Shown here piece after piece: positions 26,272 to 32,000 of a stretch of 32,000 nt of DNA (the first letter of the stretch is position 1; each line of letters opens with the position of its first letter). A program made the position numbers and the translations under genes. Location of the stretch: NCBI GenBank assembly GCA_016776505.1, contig JADHTG010000031.1, positions 1 through 32,000 of the forward strand, given 5' to 3'. The notes below the pieces were generated by a model, which saw only the letters and a list, made by a program, of their open reading frames with translations, did not search any database and was not told the DNA's origin. Source of the stretch: Bacteroidota bacterium (lineage in GTDB: Bacteria > Bacteroidota > Bacteroidia > CAILMK01 > JAAYUY01).

Positions 26272-27603
26272 ATGACTAAAAAATCCAAACAGAAGAAAAT
26301 TTTTGTCCTTGACACCAATGTAGTGCTTTATGACTACCAAAGTATATACACCTTTGAAAACAACATTGTTGTAATTCCCATAACACTGCTTGAAGAGATT
26401 GATAAATTTAAGCGTGGCAATGAAATAATAAATTACAATGCGCGTGAATTCGCGCGTGAACTCGATACTATTTTTGGAGATGTTTTGCTGAGTGAAGGGG
26501 TTAAATTAGACACAGGGGAAGAAATATTTGTCAGTACCAATACTATTTTTGATGAAAAACTCAAGGGTGTTTTCTGGGAAGATAAACCTGATCACCGTAT
26601 TCTATCAGTAGCCTTTAACCTGGCAAAAGAAAAAGGCCCGGAAAATGTATTCCTGGTTTCAAAAGATATTAATCTCAGGATGAAAGCCAAAAGTGTGGGC
26701 ATCAATTCTCAGGATTACGAAACAGGAAAGATCAAAAATATCGATGAACTATATTCCGGGAAGAATCTTGTTGAAAACATCCATTCGGATGTAATTGACA
26801 AGATTTACCAACAGGGATTCATTGATCTTGAACAAAGCGGGGTTCAATCAAGCCCTAGTCCAAATGAGTATTTTATTCTGCGAAATGGCAATAAAAGTAT
26901 CCTAACGGTATTCCATAAGGAGACCCATACTTTCCGCCAGGTTGAAAAAATTCGGGCATATGGCATAACTCCCAGAAATGCAGAACAGGCCTTTGCTTTG
27001 AATGCGCTAATGAATCCTGAAGTTAGCCTGGTGACTTTATCCGGGAAAGCTGGAACAGGAAAAACCCTCATGGCACTGGCTGCCGCCTTACAGGTGCGTA
27101 AAGATTACAAGCAAATTTTGCTTGCACGACCCATTGTTCCCTTATCAAATCGTGATCTTGGATTTTTACCTGGAGATATTACCAGTAAGCTCGATCCCTA
27201 TATGCAACCCCTTTTTGATAACCTGACAGTTATTAAACATCAGTTTAAAGAAGAATCGACAGAATTTACACGCATCAATGAATTGCTGAAAAATGAAAAA
27301 TTAATGATCACTCCCCTGGCTTATATCAGGGGTCGTAGTTTGTCAAAAGTCTATTTTATAGTTGATGAAGCTCAAAACCTGACCCCCCATGAAGTAAAAA
27401 CTATTATCACGAGGGCTGGAGAAGGTACTAAAGTGGTTTTTACAGGCGATCCTTACCAAATAGATACTCCTTACCTCGATTCACGTTCAAACGGATTAAC
27501 CGTACTGATAGATAAAATGAAAGGACAGGGTCTTTACGGACATGTAACGATGGAGAAAGGAGAGAGATCCATACTGGCAGAATTGGCTTCAGATTTATTG
27601 TAA
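26272..27603 (+). CDS. PIN domain-PhoH family ATPase (YlaK-like)
   Basis: 443 aa with an N-terminal PIN (FVLDTNVVLYD ... DHRIL), a C-terminal PhoH ATPase with Walker A GKAGTGKT, and IVDEAQN. Confidence 0.85.
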   Translation: MTKKSKQKKIFVLDTNVVLYDYQSIYTFENNIVVIPITLLEEIDKFKRGNEIINYNAREFARELDTIFGDVLLSEGVKLDTGEEIFVSTNTIFDEKLKGVFWEDKPDHRILSVAFNLAKEKGPENVFLVSKDINLRMKAKSVGINSQDYETGKIKNIDELYSGKNLVENIHSDVIDKIYQQGFIDLEQSGVQSSPSPNEYFILRNGNKSILTVFHKETHTFRQVEKIRAYGITPRNAEQAFALNALMNPEVSLVTLSGKAGTGKTLMALAAALQVRKDYKQILLARPIVPLSNRDLGFLPGDITSKLDPYMQPLFDNLTVIKHQFKEESTEFTRINELLKNEKLMITPLAYIRGRSLSKVYFIVDEAQNLTPHEVKTIITRAGEGTKVVFTGDPYQIDTPYLDSRSNGLTVLIDKMKGQGLYGHVTMEKGERSILAELASDLL

Positions 27604-27618
27604 TTCAAAAGATGTTTT

Positions 27619-27860
27619 ATGAACAGAATAAAAGCAATTTTAGCTTATTTTTTCATATCATCACTCATCATCATTACTTCCTGTGGTAACGATTAAAAAA
27701 GACAAAAGACAAAATCTATACATCAGTAAAAATTGGTCAACAGGAATGGATGACTGAAAATCCGGATGTGAGTCATTATCTGAATTATAAGATCGGGAGA
27801 GCATTCAGAGCAGGTAGTGAAAAACAAAATGGATTTTCGGTGCGTTGCATTCGGGAATAA
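27619..27860 (+). pseudogene. decayed lipoprotein gene of the Fibrobacter succinogenes major paralogous (FISUMP) domain type
   Basis: An intact lipoprotein signal (MNRIKAILAYFFISSLIIITSCGND) ends at a stop at 27694-27696, at the start of an A-run. A different frame (27720-27860) then encodes TSVKIGQQEWMTENPDV...NGFSVRCIRE*. These are the N- and C-terminal hallmarks of the domain, with the middle missing. Confidence 0.5.
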
Positions 27861-28020
27861 TGAGTTTATCATTTTAAGGAGTAATTAGGTCTGCTGGTCT
27901 TTAAATGCCTTTCAGGATTAAGTTGCAAACTTAAACCAGGCCAATTTGTAAATGTGAACAATAGAATGATCTCGGAATCGATAGTCGTAGTTTGAAGCAA
28001 CAACCACAACAAAAGAAATA

Positions 28021-29022
28021 TTAGGTAAGTAACCTCAAACACTCTTCAAGATATTGTTCGCGGTCAATAGGAACCACTCCCACCTGCTCACAAACCAAAC
28101 CTCCTGCAATATTGGTAAGCTGCGCCAGCAGGCTGTTTTTAATCCCTGAAGAGATAGCCAATGCGGCTATTGCCCCGACCGTATCCCCGGCACCTGAAAC
28201 ATCGTAAATGCTTCGTTTGTGGGATGGTACTATCATGTCTTTCTTCCCGTCATTAATATAAACTCCAGCTGACGATAAGGTAATAAATGCAATTTGGATA
28301 TGCATTTTATCGAAAAGTAGCTGGGCTGCTTCTCTTAAATCTTCAATTTGAAGAGGTTTGGGAATGATGAGCCCTAAACCTTCACGTAATTCTTTTAAAT
28401 TGGGTTTAAACAGAGTTGCGTTTTTATACTCCAGGAAATTTTCTTTTTTAGGATCAACAATCACAGGGATATTTCTTTTATTCGCTTCCTTGATGATCTT
28501 TCTTATTAAACCAGCACTTAAAAGACCTTTGTCATAATCTACAAATATCAGCGCATCAGCTTCTGCCATAGCTGATATAGCATTTTGATAGATCCTGTCT
28601 GATTCATCCTTATTAATACCGGCCGTTATTTCGCTATCCACCCTCAGTAATTGTTGCTGGTCGTTGGCAATAATCCGTGACTTTACTGTTGTTGGCCTGT
28701 TTTCAGACTGAAATATATACTCTTTGCTAATGCTATTTTCATCCAATAAATCCAGGAATGCATGTCCATCTGCATCCTGACCAAGCAATGAAATCAAAAG
28801 GGGTGTTGCACCCATTTGCCTGATATTTACAGCCACATTTGCCGCACCACCCAGCCTGTATTCCCGATTATTTACTAATACTACAGGTACAGGAGCTTCA
28901 GGAGAAATTCGTTTCACATGACCCCACCAATACGCATCAAGCATCACATCTCCAACGATCAGGATCTTTTTTTTCTGAAAATCACTGAAGATATTTTTTA
29001 CTTCCTGAATTTTAAGTTTCAC
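28021..29022 (-). CDS. D-glycero-beta-D-manno-heptose-7-phosphate kinase (RfaE domain I, PfkB family)
   Basis: 333 aa with KILIVGDVMLDAYWWGHVKRISPEAPVPVV and the PfkB motif DVSGAGDT. Confidence 0.8.
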   Translation of the reverse strand: MKLKIQEVKNIFSDFQKKKILIVGDVMLDAYWWGHVKRISPEAPVPVVLVNNREYRLGGAANVAVNIRQMGATPLLISLLGQDADGHAFLDLLDENSISKEYIFQSENRPTTVKSRIIANDQQQLLRVDSEITAGINKDESDRIYQNAISAMAEADALIFVDYDKGLLSAGLIRKIIKEANKRNIPVIVDPKKENFLEYKNATLFKPNLKELREGLGLIIPKPLQIEDLREAAQLLFDKMHIQIAFITLSSAGVYINDGKKDMIVPSHKRSIYDVSGAGDTVGAIAALAISSGIKNSLLAQLTNIAGGLVCEQVGVVPIDREQYLEECLRLLT

Positions 29023-29027
29023 TTCAA

Positions 29028-30224
29028 TTAGTTAAGTTTCCCCAGGCTTTTTCCAATTCTTTCAATGGCCCTTCTTAAATTATTTTCAGAAATAGCAAAA
29101 GAAATTCTGATACACTCTGCCACACCAAATGCTGTGCCTGTAACAACAGAAACATTGCCATCTTCCAATAAGTACATAGCTATATCATTGCTATTGTTAA
29201 TGTTATGTTTCCCATGACTCTTTCCGAAGAAGTGAGACACATCAACCAGTGAATAAAACGCTCCATCGGGAGTATTTGTTTTAACACCAGGGATTTTATT
29301 GAACATTTCAACAACAATATCCCTTCGTTTTTTGAATTCATCACGCATTTTATGTGTAGGGGTTAGATCAGTTGACAAGGCTGTAAAGGCAGCCATTTGC
29401 GAAATAGTGGATGGGCCGGATGTGAGCTGCCCCTGCAGTTTATTACAGGCTGAGGTTAGCCATAAAGGAGCAACCATATAACCAATTCGCCAGCCAGTCA
29501 TGGCAAATCCTTTTGATACTCCATTGATAATAACCATTCTCTCTTTCAGATCCCTAATCATAGCAAAAGAACATGGACCACCAATGTAATTAATATGGTC
29601 GTAAATTTCATCTGCTACAATGATAATATTAGGAAATTTCCGGAATACCTTCGCCAATTCTTCCAACTCGCTTGTGCAATACACTCCGCCACTTGGATTG
29701 GAAGGAGAACTAAATAGAAACATGCGTGTTTTGTCAGTTATCGCATCTTCTAATTGTTGGGGTGTAATTTTGTAGTTATTCTCCAAACCCCCTTTGATAA
29801 CCACCATTTTGGCACCAGAAAGTTTGACCATCTCCGGATAAGATACCCAATAGGGTGAAGGAACAATCACTTCATCTCCTTCATCTAAAATACTTAATAT
29901 GGCATTGCTTATTGATTGTTTGGCACCAGAACTCACAATCACATGATTAAAATCATATTCGCAATCAAATTCTTTATTGTATTTGTCAGCAATCACTTCT
30001 CGGAGCTCAGTAAAACCTGCAACCGGTGGATAATGGGTGATATTATCATTAATTGCTTTTATTGCAGCTTCTTTTATATGTTCAGGGGTATCAAAATCAG
30101 GTTCTCCGATGCTTAAATTAATGATGTCCTTTCCTTCCCCTATTAATTGACGTGCCAGTTTGGCCATTTTCAGGGTTTCTGATTCCTGTAATCTTTCTAC
30201 TCTTTTAGACAGTTTGGTGTTCAT
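29028..30224 (-). CDS. class I pyridoxal-phosphate-dependent aminotransferase (aspartate aminotransferase-like)
   Basis: 398 aa with NLSIGEPDF, SPSNPSG and the PLP-lysine motif SKGFAMTGWRIGY. It lies 5 nt upstream of the heptose kinase gene. Confidence 0.9.
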   Translation of the reverse strand: MNTKLSKRVERLQESETLKMAKLARQLIGEGKDIINLSIGEPDFDTPEHIKEAAIKAINDNITHYPPVAGFTELREVIADKYNKEFDCEYDFNHVIVSSGAKQSISNAILSILDEGDEVIVPSPYWVSYPEMVKLSGAKMVVIKGGLENNYKITPQQLEDAITDKTRMFLFSSPSNPSGGVYCTSELEELAKVFRKFPNIIIVADEIYDHINYIGGPCSFAMIRDLKERMVIINGVSKGFAMTGWRIGYMVAPLWLTSACNKLQGQLTSGPSTISQMAAFTALSTDLTPTHKMRDEFKKRRDIVVEMFNKIPGVKTNTPDGAFYSLVDVSHFFGKSHGKHNINNSNDIAMYLLEDGNVSVVTGTAFGVAECIRISFAISENNLRRAIERIGKSLGKLN

Positions 30225-30457
30225 TCACATTTTTTTAAAAGCCCCGAATATAGCAATTTTGGGCTAATATCACTATAAATATCTAGTTCATAAAAATTTA
30301 TGGCATATTAAAATATCCATTTTTTTTATTAAAATCTCTTGTTTAATTGCTGTCACTTTTTAATTTTGGTTGTGTTAAATGTATGAAATTTTATGATTTA
30401 ACGGGAGAATAGGCAGTCTTAATGAATTAAAAAACAACTGATGTTTCTTGCTAAATT

Positions 30458-30862
30458 TTGATTATTAACACATTAACAAAATTAATAATATTCATAAAGT
30501 TGGAAAAAAAGAGAATAGTAAAGGATTACGAAAAACTGCCTTTAGACGTTATCGACAAGGTAAAAATGACGTATTCTCATGGATTTGTAGAACATTTAAT
30601 AACATATAATAATAAGGACGGATTTCAGGTATCCGCACTTCCTTTTGAAACAGAAGATATCTACTACTTAATTCGTATGACAATCACAGAAGCCGAGCGA
30701 ATAATTGAAGAAGATGAGGATTATGATGATGAAGGAAATTTGAGACTTGACTTTGCTGCTGATGAAGCAGAAATTCCTGAAGATATGTTGCCCGAGAAAG
30801 AAGATGAAGATGAGGAAAGGGATTATAGCGATGACACAGATGAAGATAAATTGAAAATTTAA
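30458..30862 (+). CDS. hypothetical protein with a highly acidic C-terminal half
   Basis: 134 aa from the ORF-track TTG, though an in-frame TTG at 30500 is an equally plausible start. The N-terminal region (KDYEKLPLDVIDKVKMTYSHGF) is followed by a D/E-rich tail. No family recognised. Confidence 0.45.
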   Translation: MIINTLTKLIIFIKLEKKRIVKDYEKLPLDVIDKVKMTYSHGFVEHLITYNNKDGFQVSALPFETEDIYYLIRMTITEAERIIEEDEDYDDEGNLRLDFAADEAEIPEDMLPEKEDEDEERDYSDDTDEDKLKI

Positions 30863-30928
30863 TTTCCCATATTCAATTCCCAAATTGAAGGATTAACTTT
30901 TCAGCTATTATTTGAATTTTTTTTGAAT

Positions 30929-30936
30929 TACTTTTG
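30929..30936 (+). promoter_or_regulatory. candidate -7 box (TACTTTTG) for mlaEF
   Basis: Exact TAnnTTTG match ending 32 nt upstream of the ATG at 30969. Confidence 0.4.
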
Positions 30937-30968
30937 TATTCCTGTCAAATTGGAATCTATAATATCTT

Positions 30969-31706
30969 ATGAAGTTCTTCTGGTCATTTGGGCAATATCT
31001 TTACCTATTAAAGGAAGCGGGAAGTCGTCCTGACAATCATCGGGTTTTTATTAAGCGGATTATGCAGGAAATGAATATCATTGGCATACAATCTCTTGGA
31101 ATTGTTACTGTTATATCTCTTTTCATGGGCATGGTGCTTACGCTGGAAATCGCTTATCAACTGGTTGCTGCCTGGATTGTTGACAGTGTGATAGGGGAAA
31201 TAATCAGTGAAACTACCATGCTGGAACTTTCTCCAACAATTACGGCTCTGGTGCTTGCAGGGCGGGTTGGATCCAATATAGCTGCTGAAATCGGCAATAT
31301 GAAAATTTCTGAGCAAATTGATGCATTGGATGTGATGGGCGTGAATGCTCCTTCTTATTTAATTGCACCTAAAATAATTGCTTCGGTAATCGCCATACCC
31401 ATGCTTATTGTCATTTCAATAGCTTTAAGTCATGTAGGAGGCATGTTTATTGGTCATGTCACTGGTATTTGCTCCATTTCAGATTTTTCAGCTGGCGCTC
31501 AGCATACATTTAAAACTTTCACCCTCATATTTGCTGTTATTAAGGCATTTACATTTGCCTTTGTGATCAGTTCTGTTTCATCCTATCAGGGTTTTGTTGT
31601 AAAAGGCGGGGCTCTTGAAGTAGGAAAAGCAAGTACGAAAGCAGTTGTTCACAGTTCCATCCTGATATTGATTTTTGACTATCTATTAGCACAACTATTA
31701 CTCTGA
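30969..31706 (+). CDS. mlaE: MlaE-family ABC transporter permease
   Basis: 245 aa with 5 TM segments. MQEMNIIGIQSLGIV, VLAGRVGSNIAAEIGNMKISEQIDAL and SYQGF...GGALEVGKASTKAVV are typical MlaE/Ttg2B blocks. Confidence 0.85.
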   Translation: MKFFWSFGQYLYLLKEAGSRPDNHRVFIKRIMQEMNIIGIQSLGIVTVISLFMGMVLTLEIAYQLVAAWIVDSVIGEIISETTMLELSPTITALVLAGRVGSNIAAEIGNMKISEQIDALDVMGVNAPSYLIAPKIIASVIAIPMLIVISIALSHVGGMFIGHVTGICSISDFSAGAQHTFKTFTLIFAVIKAFTFAFVISSVSSYQGFVVKGGALEVGKASTKAVVHSSILILIFDYLLAQLLL

Positions 31707-31710
31707 TTAC

Positions 31711-32000
31711 ATGATAGAAGTAGACCATGTATATAAAATATTTGATGGCAAAGAAGTGCTGCAAGATGTTTCCACATCTTATGATGCCGGCATTATCAAT
31801 ATGATTATCGGAAGCAGTGGCAGTGGAAAAACTGTGTTGCTAAAATGCATTGTAGGTTTATTGCATCCTGACAAAGGAAGTGTTTTATATGATAACAGGA
31901 ACTTTACCAATATGAACTACCGGGATCAAAAGAAAGTTCGTTTAGAGATTGGAATGTTGTTCCAGGGCGCTGCATTATTTAATTCCATGACTGTTTTTGA
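31711..32000 (+). CDS. mlaF: MlaF-like ABC transporter ATP-binding protein (5' partial, runs off the window)
   Basis: Starts at ATG 31711, 4 nt after mlaE. It has MIEVDHVYKIFDGKEVLQDVS and Walker A GSSGSGKT, and is truncated by the window end. Confidence 0.85.
   Translation, partial: MIEVDHVYKIFDGKEVLQDVSTSYDAGIINMIIGSSGSGKTVLLKCIVGLLHPDKGSVLYDNRNFTNMNYRDQKKVRLEIGMLFQGAALFNSMTVF

Noticed and set aside
26075-26275. Small ORFs 26075-26275 (+) and 3637-3933 (+) in or near intergenic gaps.
   Set aside because: They overlap the ends or starts of well-supported genes, lack promoter boxes and have no recognisable motifs.
30458-30862. Highly acidic C-terminal tail of the 134-aa hypothetical protein.
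   Set aside because: Compositional oddity only. There is no motif, partner gene or structure to support a functional claim.

Overview
The window reads as a chromosomal segment of an AT-rich, probably anaerobic member of the Bacteroidota. Support: a T9SS C-terminal sorting domain on a secreted peptidase, repeated TAnnTTTG -7 promoter boxes 25-35 nt upstream of start codons, and bacterial envelope and housekeeping genes (lgt, mlaEF, ribH, RfaE-type heptose kinase, PagL-like deacylase). About 31 credible CDSs are present, and I found no rRNA, tRNA or CRISPR. Most of the window is ordinary housekeeping; three things stand out. (1) A tight minus-strand operon, ArsR-family regulator - hgcA - hgcB (7300-9075), is the mercury-methylation gene pair with all signature motifs. 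It is bracketed by a family of short mosaic and hairpin repeats that also flank the neighbouring orphan SbcD/Mre11-like phosphoesterase. (2) A gatE-gatD pair (12245-15615) encodes the archaeal-type Glu-tRNA(Gln) amidotransferase, which is unexpected in a bacterial backbone. (3) Divergent from gatED is an orphan QueE-family radical SAM gene with an atypical cluster-cysteine spacing. hgcAB and GatDE are known systems, so any novelty lies in host, context and linkage, and I see no clearly new multi-gene system. All functional calls come from motifs read in the supplied translations. No database search, composition statistic or RNA fold was computed.
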